Positions 10,272 through 20,356 of a stretch of 64,000 bases of DNA are shown here, one piece after another. This stretch comes from Steroidobacteraceae bacterium (lineage in GTDB: Bacteria; Pseudomonadota; Gammaproteobacteria; Steroidobacterales; Steroidobacteraceae). A program made the translations under genes and the position numbers. The stretch lies in contig JBFWSR010000001.1 of NCBI GenBank assembly GCA_050248275.1, forward strand, positions 334,979 through 398,978, in the 5' to 3' direction. Each line of letters begins with the position of its first letter. Position 1 is the first letter of the stretch. Below the pieces are notes generated by a model, which had not been told where the DNA came from, ran no database searches, and saw only the letters and a list, made by a program, of their open reading frames with translations.

Positions 10272-11138
10272 TCAGCGTGGCAGGGCGAAATTCTGCGCCC
10301 AATAGACGGCAAGGTCGTCATGCCTGTTAACGGCGAAAGCCACGCCCATTTCGGTGAACTGCGAATTCATGATATTGGCGCAGTGACCGGGACTGGCGAG
10401 CCAGCCTGCGACAACCTCTTCAGCACTACCGGCGCCGGCCGCCACATTTTCACCCACCGCTTTCCAGCGATAGCCCTGCCGTGTGACACGCTGTGCCGGT
10501 GTGCTGCCGTCGCTGCCGGCATGGGTCATCTGTTTGTGTCGCGCCATGTCGCTTGCATGCCGTTGCGCAGCCTTGTCGAGCAGTGCGTTCAACCGTAATG
10601 GCTGGCTCGCATTGTAGAGCGTGGCGCCGCAACGCCGACTGCTGGCGCGCGCCCGGTTGACCAGATTCAAAACCTGTTGTGCCGCCACCGTTTCATCGCC
10701 GGGAATGGCATGCGGAACAGCCAATACAATCCATAGTTCGTCAGCGCGCCGATCACTGCCCATTTGCTGCCATGCAGGGTCCATCAACAGCGCGCAGTAT
10801 TTATTCGCCAATAATTGCTGCACGTCCGTTTCGTGAGCATGACCGCTCAAATGAATGGTGCTCAGCCGGGTTGCCTGATAACCAGCCCCGTCCGCTGCGT
10901 GTTGCAGCGTTTCGCCCTTGGCTATCTGCCTGGCGATGGTTTGCAGACGCGTGTCTGTGTGTAAAGGCGGCAACCTGCGGCGTGTTTCGCAACCGCCATC
11001 GCGCAACGCATTGACCACATCGTGAATTTCACTGTGCGCTGCATGTGCATCCAAGAGAGCCGCCACACATAGTCCCGCAAACAAAGATGTCTGCCAGCCC
11101 CGCAAACGCCGGATAGTGGCTGTGCAGTTACTTGGCAT
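10272..11138 (-). CDS. Secreted CAP (SCP/PR-1-like) domain protein
   Basis: Has a signal peptide. The C-terminal CAP signature is GENVAAGAGSAEEVVAGWLASPGHCANIMNSQFTEMGVA. Its start overlaps the fadD stop by 11 nt. Confidence 0.8.
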   Translation of the reverse strand: MPSNCTATIRRLRGWQTSLFAGLCVAALLDAHAAHSEIHDVVNALRDGGCETRRRLPPLHTDTRLQTIARQIAKGETLQHAADGAGYQATRLSTIHLSGHAHETDVQQLLANKYCALLMDPAWQQMGSDRRADELWIVLAVPHAIPGDETVAAQQVLNLVNRARASSRRCGATLYNASQPLRLNALLDKAAQRHASDMARHKQMTHAGSDGSTPAQRVTRQGYRWKAVGENVAAGAGSAEEVVAGWLASPGHCANIMNSQFTEMGVAFAVNRHDDLAVYWAQNFALPR

Positions 11139-12798
11139 TCACCAGTTCATCGCGCAGGGCCCGGCGCAGAATCTTGCCGACGTTGGTCTTGGGCAGTTCG
11201 TTGCGGAAGTAGACATGCTTGGGCAGCTTGTAACCAGTGAGCTCCTTGCGACAGTGTTCGATGATCTGTTCCGCGGTCAGCGCCGGATCCTTGCGCACCA
11301 CAAATACGGCGACCACTTCGCCGGCCCGTTCATCTTCCTGCGCGACGGCAGCGACTTCCAGTACGCCGGGATGCGCCGCGATCACGGCTTCGACTTCATT
11401 GGGGAATACCTTGAAGCCGGAGACGGTGATCATGTCTTTCTTGCGATCCTCGATGAACACGAAACCACGTTGATCCATACGGCCGATATCGCCGGTACGC
11501 AGCCAGCCGCCGGGCAGCATGACCTTGGCGGTCTCGTCCGGTCGTCGCCAGTACTCGCGCATCACCTGCGGGCCGCGCAGACAAATCTCGCCGCTTTCGC
11601 CCAGCGGCAGTTCATTGCCGTCATCATCGCGAATGGTCAGTTCCGTGGAAGGGATGGGCATGCCGATCGAGCCGTCAAAGTCAGTATCCAGCGGCGTGAC
11701 ACAACCTACCGGTGATGCCTCCGTCAGGCCCCAGCCCTGAGCAATGACATGGCCCGTGACTTTCTTCCAATGTTCGGCCACGCTGGGCTGCACAGCCATG
11801 CCGCCACCCAGGGATACTTTCAAACGAGTGAAATCCAGTTTGTCGAAACCCGGCGTATGCAGCAGGGCATTGAACAACGTGTTCACAGCAGTGATGGCCG
11901 CCATCCGGTATTTGCCCAGCTCCTTGACGAAACCGGGAAAATCACGCGGGTTGGTGATCAGTACATTGTGCGTGCCCAGTTTCATGAACACGAAGCAATT
12001 CACGGTTAGCGAAAAGATGTGATACAGCGGCAACGCCGTAATCACCACTTCGCCACGCAGACTCCATAGACCCAGACAGGCCGAAGCCTGGATGCAATTG
12101 GCCACCATGTTGCGATGCGTGAGCACGGCCGCCTTGGCGATGCCAGTGGTGCCGCCGGTGTATTGCAGGAAGGCAACGTCGTCGTGTGTAAGTGGGGTTT
12201 CATCGAGCGGCAGATAGTGGCCGCTGCGCAGGGCGACATTGAAGCGTACCGCGCCGGGCAGGTCGAATGCCGGCACCTGTTTGCGCACATGACGTACTAC
12301 GAAGTTGACGATGCCCTGTTTCGGAAGGCCCAGCAGATCGCCGACGCCGGTCACGATCACGGTCTTGATGGCGGTGGTGGCGATGACTTCCTGCAGCACA
12401 TGCGCAAAATTTTCCAGCACCACGATCGCCACTGCGCCGGAGTCCTGCATCTGATGCTGCAGTTCGTGCGCAGTGTAGAGGGGGTTGGTATTGACCACGA
12501 TGAGTCCGGCGCGCATTGCGCCGAAAATGGCGACCGGATATTGCAGCAAATTGGGCATCATCAGCGCGATGCGGTCGCCGCGCTGGAGCTTGGCGACATT
12601 TTGCAGCCAGGCAGCGAAATCGCGTGTCAATATTTCGAGCTGCTGATAACTGATGCTCCTGCCCATATTGGTGAATGCGGGCGCATCGCCGTACTGTGCG
12701 CAGCACTGATGCATGAGATCGACCAGCGAGCGGTATTCATCCGGATTGATCTCGGCGGGCCGGCCAACGGGATAATGTTTCAACCAGATCTTGTCCAT
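11128..12798 (-). CDS. fadD: Long-chain fatty acid--CoA ligase
   Basis: Begins MDKIWLKHYP. Has the AMP-binding motif LQYTGGTTGIAKAAVLTH, plus GWLRTGDIG and PKTNVGKILRR. The start is taken at the second Met of the ORF. Confidence 0.92.
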   Translation of the reverse strand: MDKIWLKHYPVGRPAEINPDEYRSLVDLMHQCCAQYGDAPAFTNMGRSISYQQLEILTRDFAAWLQNVAKLQRGDRIALMMPNLLQYPVAIFGAMRAGLIVVNTNPLYTAHELQHQMQDSGAVAIVVLENFAHVLQEVIATTAIKTVIVTGVGDLLGLPKQGIVNFVVRHVRKQVPAFDLPGAVRFNVALRSGHYLPLDETPLTHDDVAFLQYTGGTTGIAKAAVLTHRNMVANCIQASACLGLWSLRGEVVITALPLYHIFSLTVNCFVFMKLGTHNVLITNPRDFPGFVKELGKYRMAAITAVNTLFNALLHTPGFDKLDFTRLKVSLGGGMAVQPSVAEHWKKVTGHVIAQGWGLTEASPVGCVTPLDTDFDGSIGMPIPSTELTIRDDDGNELPLGESGEICLRGPQVMREYWRRPDETAKVMLPGGWLRTGDIGRMDQRGFVFIEDRKKDMITVSGFKVFPNEVEAVIAAHPGVLEVAAVAQEDERAGEVVAVFVVRKDPALTAEQIIEHCRKELTGYKLPKHVYFRNELPKTNVGKILRRALRDELVNAK

Positions 12799-12843
12799 TT
12801 TTTGTCCCCCAAGGCCCTTGTTTGTTAAGCCGGCAACCATTGT

Positions 12844-13506
12844 TCAGCGCTTTAACAACGGACGCAACTTTGACCAGACGCTTTCCAGTAAGTGTGGCTG
12901 GCCTTGCTCATTGGGATGCAGGTTATCGGCCTGCATCAGCCCGGCATCCAGGGCCACCCCCTCCATCAGAAAGGGCAGCAGCGCCACGTGTCTGGTTCTG
13001 GCCAGTCCGGTAAACACTACCTTGAAACCCTCGGTATAACTCGGGCCGTAATTGGGCGGCAGCTGCATGCCCACCAGCAACACTTTGGCCCCGCTCTGTT
13101 GTGCTGCATTGATCATGGCGTCGAGGTTGCTGCGCAATTGCGCGGTTGGCAAGCCGCGCAAACCATCATTGGCGCCCAGTTCCAGGATCACGATGGCTGG
13201 CTTATGAATATTTAACAGGCCCGGCAGACGAACTTTGCCGCCGCCGCTGGTCTCACCACTTACACTGGCGTTGATCAGGCGGTATTCGTAACCCTGCTCG
13301 GCAAGTCGCCTGCCCAGCAACGCGACCCAGCCATTTTCGACCTTGATGCCATAACCTGCACTCAGGCTGTCACCCATCACCAGTATGGTGGCCGGAGCGA
13401 CAACCGGAGGAGTAGCCTGTGCGGCGTGTGGCATGCCCAGTAACAGACCCGCACATAACCATAGTTCCAGCCACCGCAAGCCGCCACGCATGAATCCAGA
13501 TCGCAT
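12844..13506 (-). CDS. tesA: SGNH/GDSL arylesterase-thioesterase (TesA-like)
   Basis: Has a signal peptide followed by ILVMGDSLSAGYG, then ELGANDGLRG and a C-terminal DNLHPN. The 74-aa N-terminal extension of the listed ORF is antisense to ybbA and was rejected. Confidence 0.88.
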   Translation of the reverse strand: MRSGFMRGGLRWLELWLCAGLLLGMPHAAQATPPVVAPATILVMGDSLSAGYGIKVENGWVALLGRRLAEQGYEYRLINASVSGETSGGGKVRLPGLLNIHKPAIVILELGANDGLRGLPTAQLRSNLDAMINAAQQSGAKVLLVGMQLPPNYGPSYTEGFKVVFTGLARTRHVALLPFLMEGVALDAGLMQADNLHPNEQGQPHLLESVWSKLRPLLKR

Positions 13507-14179
13507 TGCCACTGCCACCGTGTTGTCCGCCGAACATCTCAGCAAGCAGGTTAGCAGTCCCGAGGGAAGTCTGACCATTCTGGACGATGTCAGTCTCGCC
13601 ATAGGTAATGGTGAAACCGTGGCCATTGTCGGTACCTCCGGCGCCGGCAAATCGACGCTGCTGGCGCTGCTGGCGGGACTGGACACGCCCACGACCGGGC
13701 GTGTGCAGTTGAATGGCGCGGAACTCACGGCGCTGGATGAAGATGGTCGCGCCGCCGTGCGCGCCCGGCATGTGGGCTTTGTGTTTCAGAGTTTTCATCT
13801 GGTGCCCTCGCTCACGGCGCTGGAGAACGTGATGCTGCCGCTGGAGCTGGCCGGCAAATTGCAGGCGCGCCCGGCAGCCCTGGCAGCCTTGCAGCAGGTA
13901 GGTCTTGCAGCGCGCAGCGGCCACTATCCCAATCAATTATCGGGCGGCGAGCAGCAGCGAGTGGCCATTGCCCGTGCCTTCGTTACACAGCCCGCTGTGC
14001 TGTTCGCCGATGAGCCCACCGGCAATCTCGATACCGCCACCGGCGAACGTGTCATGACCCTGTTGTTCGAGCTCAATGCGGCCAACGGCACCACACTGGT
14101 TCTGGTCACGCACGATGTCCGCCTGGCCGAACGCTGCCAGCGCGTCATCCGTCTCGATAACGGCCAAGTCGTGTCATGA
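13490..14179 (+). CDS. ybbA: ABC transporter ATP-binding protein (YbbA/LolD-like)
   Basis: Has Walker A GTSGAGKST, the signature LSGGEQQR and Walker B LFADEPT. It is divergent from tesA, as in the tesA-ybbA-ybbP arrangement. Confidence 0.9.
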   Translation: MNPDRIATATVLSAEHLSKQVSSPEGSLTILDDVSLAIGNGETVAIVGTSGAGKSTLLALLAGLDTPTTGRVQLNGAELTALDEDGRAAVRARHVGFVFQSFHLVPSLTALENVMLPLELAGKLQARPAALAALQQVGLAARSGHYPNQLSGGEQQRVAIARAFVTQPAVLFADEPTGNLDTATGERVMTLLFELNAANGTTLVLVTHDVRLAERCQRVIRLDNGQVVS

Positions 14180-16677
14180 GTGCTCGCTTCATCAGCTGGG
14201 GCGTGGCAACACGCAAGCTGCGCCGCGAATGGCGTGCCGGTGAACACATCGTGTTGGTGCTGGCGTTGCTGGTGGCAGTCAGCGCCCTCACCGCCGTGAG
14301 TTTTTTTACCAGTCGCGTGGATCGCTCCATGGCCCTGCGCGCCAATGAAGTACTGGCAGCCGATCTGCGCCTGCAGTCCAATCAGCCGTTGAGCGCTGAA
14401 TATCTGCAGCACGCTCGCAGTCTGGGATTGCAGACTTCCGAATCGCAGGCATTCAACAGCGTGATCGTGCTGGGCGAGGCGTCGTCGCTCAGTTCGGCAC
14501 GCGCGGTGACTGCCGGCTATCCGCTGCGCGGCCGATTGAAGATTGCCGATGTCTTGAATGGCGTTGCTTACGAAACCACCCAGCTGCCTGCCATAGGTGA
14601 AGTGTGGGCCGATCCGCGTCTGCTGTCCCGGCTGGGCGCTGACGTGGGCATGCAGTTGCAGGTGGGCAAGCGCCAGCTCACGGTCAGCAAGGTGCTGGAT
14701 TACCGGCCCGACCAGGGTTCACAGTTCGTGGAACTGGCGCCGACGTTATTGATGCGCCTGGAAGATGTGCCTTCAACCGGTCTGGTCAGTGTGGGCAGCC
14801 GAGTGCGCTACCGGCAACTGTTTGCCGGCGAACGCGATGCACTGGCTCAGTTCGATGCCTGGTTGCAGCCGCGTTTGCAGCCCGATGAACGTCTGGAACA
14901 ACTCGGCGAAGCCAGCCCGCAATTGCAGTCATCACTGGAACGCGCCGGCCGTTTTCTCAACCTTACCGGCTTGACCAGCGTGCTGCTGGCCGGCGTGGCG
15001 GTGGCCATGGCCGCGCGTCGCTACGTGGCGCGGCATCTGGATACGGTCGCCCTGATGAAAAGCATGGGCGCTTCGCAGAACCTGGTGCTCAGCATCAGTT
15101 TGCTGGAACTGGGCATGCTGGGCGTGATGGCCGGCGTGCTGGGTACGGTGTTGGGTTATCTGGCGCAAGCCGGTTTGGCTTATGTGGCGCGCGATCTGTT
15201 TCAGGGTGAATTACCTGCGCCCGGCTGGAGTCCGGCCATTCTGGGCATGGTGACCCCCGTTGTGGTGCTGGCGGGTTTCGCCTTGCCGCCCTTGCTGCAA
15301 CTCAAACAGGTGCCGCCTGCGCGCGTATTGCGCCACAACGTGGCGCCGCCACCGCTGCGTTACCTCAGTGTCTATGGCATCGCTGCTGCCTCGGTGTTTG
15401 TCCTGTTGCTGGCCTTGGTGCACGATGTGCGACTGGTGAGCTATGTGGCTGGCGGCACGCTGGTGACCATCCTGTTCCTGGCGTTGGGTGGCTGGCTGCT
15501 GGTGCGCAGTCTGGGCAGTTTGCGGCGTGTGGTGGGCGTGTCCTGGCGTTATGGCGTGGCCAATATCGCGCGGCGCGGCAGCGAGAGCGTGGTGCAACTG
15601 GTGGCATTCGGCATGGGGCTGATGGTGCTGCTGTTATTGCTGGTGGTGCGCAACGATCTGCTGCATGACTGGCGCATGAGCCTGCCTGCCGATACGCCCA
15701 ATCAGTTCCTGATCAACATCGCGCCGGATCAGACGCAGGCACTCACGCAGTTCTTTGTAGAACGTGGCGTCAAGGCGCCCGTGCTGGTGCCGATGCTGCG
15801 CGCCCGTCTGCAAAGCATCAACAATACAGCTGCCAGCCAGCTGCATCCTGCGGATGAACGCGGCCGCGGTTTTCTGGAACGCGAAGCCAATCTCACCTGG
15901 GCGCACGATTTACAGGAGGGCAACAAGCTGGTCGCGGGTGAGTGGTGGCGTGACCATGATGGCGGTGGCGCGCGCGTCTCAGTGGAATCGGGCATCGCCG
16001 CTGCGCTGAACATCAAACTGGGCGATCGCATTACCTACGATGTCGGCGGCCAGACGATCACGGCCAGGGTCACCAGCCTGCGCGATGTGCGCTGGGACAG
16101 TTTCCGGCCGAATTTCTTCATGGTGTTTTCGCCGGGCGTGCTCGACAGCGTGACCGGCACTTACATCACCAGCGTACATCTCGACGCCGCCCAGCGCGGC
16201 ATCATGGGCGAGTTCTATCGTGAGTTTCCCGAAATCACGGCCATCGACATTGATGCCTTGCTGATGCAGGTGCGCAGTGTCATGGATAACGCGGCGCTGG
16301 CCATCCAGTGCGTATTCGCCTTCTCATTGCTGGCCGGCATCAGTGTGCTGCTGGCGGCAATTCAAGCCACCCGCGATGAGCGTCGTTATGAAAGCGCCAT
16401 GCTCAGAACCCTGGGCGCCAGTCGCCGGGTGGTGCTCCAGGGCGTGGCGGCCGAGTTCATCGTGCTGGGCCTGCTGGCCGGCCTGCTGGGCGCCTTTGCG
16501 GCCAGTGCAGTGGGCTATTATCTGGCCACCGAAGTGTTCAATCTCAAGTACAGCTTCGATGCCAGTGTCTGGTGGATCGGCCTGCTAAGTGGCGTACTGC
16601 TGGTGGGCGTGACGGGCATCATCGTGACTCGCAGTGTGGTGAACCAGCCACCGGCAGCAACCCTGCGGGAGAATTGA
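14176..16677 (+). CDS. ybbP: ABC transporter permease with two FtsX-like domains (YbbP-like)
   Basis: 833 aa with two clusters of TM helices typical of FtsX/MacB-type permeases. ATGA start-stop overlap with ybbA. Confidence 0.88.
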   Translation: MSARFISWGVATRKLRREWRAGEHIVLVLALLVAVSALTAVSFFTSRVDRSMALRANEVLAADLRLQSNQPLSAEYLQHARSLGLQTSESQAFNSVIVLGEASSLSSARAVTAGYPLRGRLKIADVLNGVAYETTQLPAIGEVWADPRLLSRLGADVGMQLQVGKRQLTVSKVLDYRPDQGSQFVELAPTLLMRLEDVPSTGLVSVGSRVRYRQLFAGERDALAQFDAWLQPRLQPDERLEQLGEASPQLQSSLERAGRFLNLTGLTSVLLAGVAVAMAARRYVARHLDTVALMKSMGASQNLVLSISLLELGMLGVMAGVLGTVLGYLAQAGLAYVARDLFQGELPAPGWSPAILGMVTPVVVLAGFALPPLLQLKQVPPARVLRHNVAPPPLRYLSVYGIAAASVFVLLLALVHDVRLVSYVAGGTLVTILFLALGGWLLVRSLGSLRRVVGVSWRYGVANIARRGSESVVQLVAFGMGLMVLLLLLVVRNDLLHDWRMSLPADTPNQFLINIAPDQTQALTQFFVERGVKAPVLVPMLRARLQSINNTAASQLHPADERGRGFLEREANLTWAHDLQEGNKLVAGEWWRDHDGGGARVSVESGIAAALNIKLGDRITYDVGGQTITARVTSLRDVRWDSFRPNFFMVFSPGVLDSVTGTYITSVHLDAAQRGIMGEFYREFPEITAIDIDALLMQVRSVMDNAALAIQCVFAFSLLAGISVLLAAIQATRDERRYESAMLRTLGASRRVVLQGVAAEFIVLGLLAGLLGAFAASAVGYYLATEVFNLKYSFDASVWWIGLLSGVLLVGVTGIIVTRSVVNQPPAATLREN

Positions 16678-16741
16678 TTCGTCTCAATTTCAGTAGAATG
16701 CCGTGCAGCCAGCCGCTGCGGCTGACACCATTCATATACTC

Positions 16742-17329
16742 ATGACCTCGCAGACCTCAACATACCGGTTTTCTTACTCATGCGTTGTCCTTGACCGTCG
16801 ATACGGTCGTTCTCTTCTTGGGGTGCGGTACGCGCTGCTGTGGCTGGCTTTGTTATGGGCCGGCAGCGGTCATGCCGAGTCATATCAATCTACCGAAGCC
16901 TGGGTGGCAGAGAGATTGCAAACCGATGGTGCGCCGACACCGCAAATACTCTGGCTGACGCCTGCGCTGCGCGCCCAGGTCGCTGAGATTCTGGGCCATG
17001 CCCCACGAACAGCGCGCTACCGTTACTGGCGTGCGGGTGGGCGCACGCTGTGGGTGCTGGATGAGGTGGGCAAAACCGAGGACATCACTTTCGCTTTTGA
17101 CATCGAGAATGGCCATATCCAGCACAGCAAGGTGCTGGCATTCCGCGAGACGCGAGGTTGGGAAATTCGTGCACCGTGGTTTACACGGCAGTTCAACGGC
17201 GCGCATCTCACGCCCGAGCTGCAGCTCAGTCAGTCAATCAATGTGATCACCGGTGCAACCTTGTCGGTGGATGCCTTCAGGCGGAGCGCGCGGCTGGCGC
17301 TGTTTCTGCATCAACAGGTCACTTCATGA
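16742..17329 (+). CDS. FMN-binding domain protein (exported)
   Basis: The C-terminal INVITGATLSVDAF resembles the FMN_bind motif, and the signal-like segment is LLWLALLWAGSGHA. The start is uncertain (GTG 16703, ATG 16742 or GTG 16823). Confidence 0.6.
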   Translation: MTSQTSTYRFSYSCVVLDRRYGRSLLGVRYALLWLALLWAGSGHAESYQSTEAWVAERLQTDGAPTPQILWLTPALRAQVAEILGHAPRTARYRYWRAGGRTLWVLDEVGKTEDITFAFDIENGHIQHSKVLAFRETRGWEIRAPWFTRQFNGAHLTPELQLSQSINVITGATLSVDAFRRSARLALFLHQQVTS

Positions 17330-18075
17330 GTAGAACCGCGTTGCTGAGTCGCTGGCATCGCCGCTTTGGTCTGGCGCTATGTCTGTTCGCCATTCTGTTG
17401 GCCACCACGGGCATTGCGCTGAATCACACCCAGGATCTGCAGTTGGCGCGATATACCGTGCAGTGGCCCTGGTTGCTGGAGTTGTATGGTATGCCCAGCA
17501 ATACCCCACAGCAGTCTTTTGCTGTGCCAGGGCATTGGTTGAGCCGGTGGCAGCAGCATGTGTATTTCGACGCACACGCGACGGATTTGCCGCCGGTGGA
17601 CCATCTTGCAGGTGCGGTAGCGTTGCCCACCGGCATGGCTCTCGCCAGTCAAGACAGTGTGTGGCTGCTCGATGCACAGGCACAGGTGATTGACCGGCTG
17701 GACCGACCCGGTGGCGCTGCCATTGCCGCGGTGGGATTGGCGCAAACGCAATTGCAGTTGCGGCTGACGGATGCCTCGCAGTGGCAGGCCAATGCCGATC
17801 TCACGGCGTTTGAAGCAGCCAATGCGACTGATATCGAATGGTCCGAACCGGTTGTTCTGCCTGCCGGGCTGGTCAGTGCCATCGCTCAGCAGGCTGGCGG
17901 CGTCAGCCTCGAACGCCTGCTGCTCGATCTGCATAGTGGCCGCTTGTTTTCCCGTTTGGGAATCTGGCTGATCGACCTCAGTGGTCTGGCCCTGCTGGTG
18001 CTGGCTATTACTGGTTTGTGGATGGTGCTGCGCCGCTGGCGACGGCATCCCCATCCCGGTCGTCACCATTCCTGA
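17326..18075 (+). CDS. PepSY-associated TM-helix protein
   Basis: ATGA overlap with the upstream gene. RWHRRFGLALCLFAILLATTGIALNH at the N-terminus and LHSGRLFSRLGIWLIDLSGLALLVLAITGLWMV at the C-terminus are typical PepSY_TM helices. Confidence 0.72.
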   Translation: MSRTALLSRWHRRFGLALCLFAILLATTGIALNHTQDLQLARYTVQWPWLLELYGMPSNTPQQSFAVPGHWLSRWQQHVYFDAHATDLPPVDHLAGAVALPTGMALASQDSVWLLDAQAQVIDRLDRPGGAAIAAVGLAQTQLQLRLTDASQWQANADLTAFEAANATDIEWSEPVVLPAGLVSAIAQQAGGVSLERLLLDLHSGRLFSRLGIWLIDLSGLALLVLAITGLWMVLRRWRRHPHPGRHHS

Positions 18076-18254
18076 GCATCCGTTTATGTAAGTGAGTTCC
18101 ACGCACACCGCTTGGGGTTCCCACTCATGGTCTATGTAGTATCGCGAATAACAACGATTCGCATTTGCTATCATCATCAGAAATGTTAGTCTGCCTGCTG
18201 ACGGACCCAAGCTATGTCCAGTCAGCTTCAAATAACATTTAACTGGTTGATTCA

Positions 18255-19517
18255 ATGAAGAAATTAAATCCATCTGCGAGTCTTTGCACTGGTGTCCTTG
18301 CCATCATTCTGGCCTTGAGTTACAGACCGTTGCTTGCGGCGGAAGTGACGCCGAGCACGGCTGAGCTTTACCAGATCATCAAGGACATGCGCGCCGAGCT
18401 CGATGCCGTCAAGAAGGTGCTGGCGGAAGAGCGCGCGCAGCGAACCGGCACAGCATCGGTGGAGCAGCAACTCAAGGCGCAGCAGGAACAAATCGATGCC
18501 ATGGCAAATGCAACTGCATCGGATACAAGCAGTGCGCTGCATCTCGGCGGCTATGGCGAGCTGCATTACAACAACCTGAGCGCCAAGGACTCAGCCAACG
18601 ATCTCAAGGAGATCGATTTTCACCGCTTTGTGCTGTACGCAGGTTATGACTTCACTGATCGCTTGCGTCTGCATTCAGAACTGGAGCTGGAACATGCGAT
18701 TGCCAGCGCCGAAGACGCGGGCGAAATCGAACTGGAACAGGCCTTCATCGAATACGACGTCGGCAAAAACTGGACGACACGCGCCGGCCTGATGTTGATT
18801 CCCATGGGCATCCTGAATGAAACCCATGAGCCCACGACTTTCTACGGCGTGGAGCGCAACGATGTTGAAAGCATCATTATTCCCGGCACGTGGCGCGGTG
18901 CCGGCATTGGTTCCACGTTGCGCTGGGACAATGGCTTGTCATGGGATGTGATGCTGCATGAAGGACTCGCGATCGAGACTTCAGGCAGTGATGCTTATCG
19001 CGTGCGCAGCGGACAGCAGGAAGCTTCTGAAGCGCTTGCTGCGGATCTGGCTGTGACGACCCGCCTGCGCTATACCGGTATCCCCGGTCTGGAACTGGGC
19101 GTGGCGGTACAGTACCAGAATGACGCCAGCCAGATTCATGGCGACGGCATTGATTCGGGACTGCTTTACGAAGCGCATGCCATTTATAACCATGGCCCGC
19201 TCGGCATACGGGCACTGTATTCGGCCTGGGATTTTGCCGGCGCAGGCATTGCTGCTGCCAATAGCGATTCACAGACGGGCTGGTATCTGGAACCCAGCTG
19301 GCGGGTAAGTGAACCACTGGGCTTTTATGCGCGTTATGAGGATGTTCAGGCTGCTCGCGGTCAGGATCGTTTTACGCAATGGGAAGGCGGCATGAATTAC
19401 TGGCCGCATCCGCAGGTGGTCGCGAAGCTTGACTATCGCAAGCGCGAACATGATCGCGTCGCCGACAGTGGCCTGGACTTCAAGGGTTTTGACCTGGGAC
19501 TGGGTTATCGCTTCTGA
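18255..19517 (+). CDS. Outer-membrane porin (OprO/P-like, N-terminal coiled coil)
   Basis: Has a signal peptide and a coiled-coil stretch. The rest is alternating beta-strand sequence ending GLGYRF with a terminal aromatic residue. Confidence 0.7.
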   Translation: MKKLNPSASLCTGVLAIILALSYRPLLAAEVTPSTAELYQIIKDMRAELDAVKKVLAEERAQRTGTASVEQQLKAQQEQIDAMANATASDTSSALHLGGYGELHYNNLSAKDSANDLKEIDFHRFVLYAGYDFTDRLRLHSELELEHAIASAEDAGEIELEQAFIEYDVGKNWTTRAGLMLIPMGILNETHEPTTFYGVERNDVESIIIPGTWRGAGIGSTLRWDNGLSWDVMLHEGLAIETSGSDAYRVRSGQQEASEALAADLAVTTRLRYTGIPGLELGVAVQYQNDASQIHGDGIDSGLLYEAHAIYNHGPLGIRALYSAWDFAGAGIAAANSDSQTGWYLEPSWRVSEPLGFYARYEDVQAARGQDRFTQWEGGMNYWPHPQVVAKLDYRKREHDRVADSGLDFKGFDLGLGYRF

Positions 19518-19573
19518 TTGGCAATTGTGATGCGTCAGGCTACGAATGAATCGGGGCCTGACGTCTGCGCACG

Positions 19574-20356
19574 TTATTGCAGGTCCAGCAATACCCAGCC
19601 GACGTCGCTGGCCTGGCCCTTGTAGTTATAGCCCTGCAATTTGATTTCGTACTGGCCGGCGCCAAAGGCCGAGGAATTCAGGCCAAAGCGCAATTCCTTG
19701 TTGGTATCGGCGGCAATGCGCCGGATTTGCATGATCCGTGCTTCGTCCACCTTGTCGATGGTCATGGCAAAACTCGTGTAGGGCATGCCGCTGACATCCA
19801 GATGGATGTCCAGCATCTGCGCCTGATTCAACGACACGGCAGCGTGTGCCTGGTCGGTCTGGGCCTCGCTGGGCACGATGCGCAGCGTCTGCATGGCGCC
19901 CGGCGCCTGAATCTTCAGCGCCTTGGCGGCTACCGACAGTTTCTTGATTTCTTTTTGCTGGGTCTGGGTTTGCCAGAAGAATGTGCCGGCGGCGCCCAGC
20001 GCCAGCAGCAGCAAGACCAGCAGTAACTTGTTTGGTTTGCCGCTGCCTGTGTTGACGCGGTCATCTTCATCCCCGTCGGTCTCGGCGGTGTCGCCCTCGG
20101 GCTTCAAGGTTTGCAAGCCGGTGGCAGCGGCGATGCGCGTCACGCTGGAAGGAATGGCGGGAAAGACACTGGTATCGGTGCCGTCGAATGGCTTGATGGA
20201 CAGTCGCGCTTTCAGCCGGGCCGGGATGGCCAGCGTTTCCAGCACTTCGGGATGCTCCAGACAGAATCGCTCGAAATCGCGCGCCTCGCGTACCAGCAGG
20301 TCGCCGGTGAGATAGCGCTCGACAATTTGCTCCGACCTTATTTGTTCTCGATCCAT
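19574..20356 (-). CDS. Single-pass membrane protein, anti-sigma-like N-terminus
   Basis: 260 aa. The N-terminal ERYLTGDL...FERFCLEHPEV resembles anti-sigma N-domains. There is one TM helix (LLLVLLLLALGAAGTFFW). No family is recognised for the C-terminus. Confidence 0.55.
   Translation of the reverse strand: MDREQIRSEQIVERYLTGDLLVREARDFERFCLEHPEVLETLAIPARLKARLSIKPFDGTDTSVFPAIPSSVTRIAAATGLQTLKPEGDTAETDGDEDDRVNTGSGKPNKLLLVLLLLALGAAGTFFWQTQTQQKEIKKLSVAAKALKIQAPGAMQTLRIVPSEAQTDQAHAAVSLNQAQMLDIHLDVSGMPYTSFAMTIDKVDEARIMQIRRIAADTNKELRFGLNSSAFGAGQYEIKLQGYNYKGQASDVGWVLLDLQ

Noticed and set aside
11116-12828. Plus-strand ORFs opposite fadD (11116-11715, 12115-12828)
   Set aside because: They are shadow ORFs. 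The minus strand encodes an unambiguous acyl-CoA synthetase.
13370-14412. Minus-strand ORFs opposite ybbA (13370-13936, 13933-14412)
   Set aside because: They are shadow ORFs. The plus strand carries the Walker A, signature and Walker B motifs.
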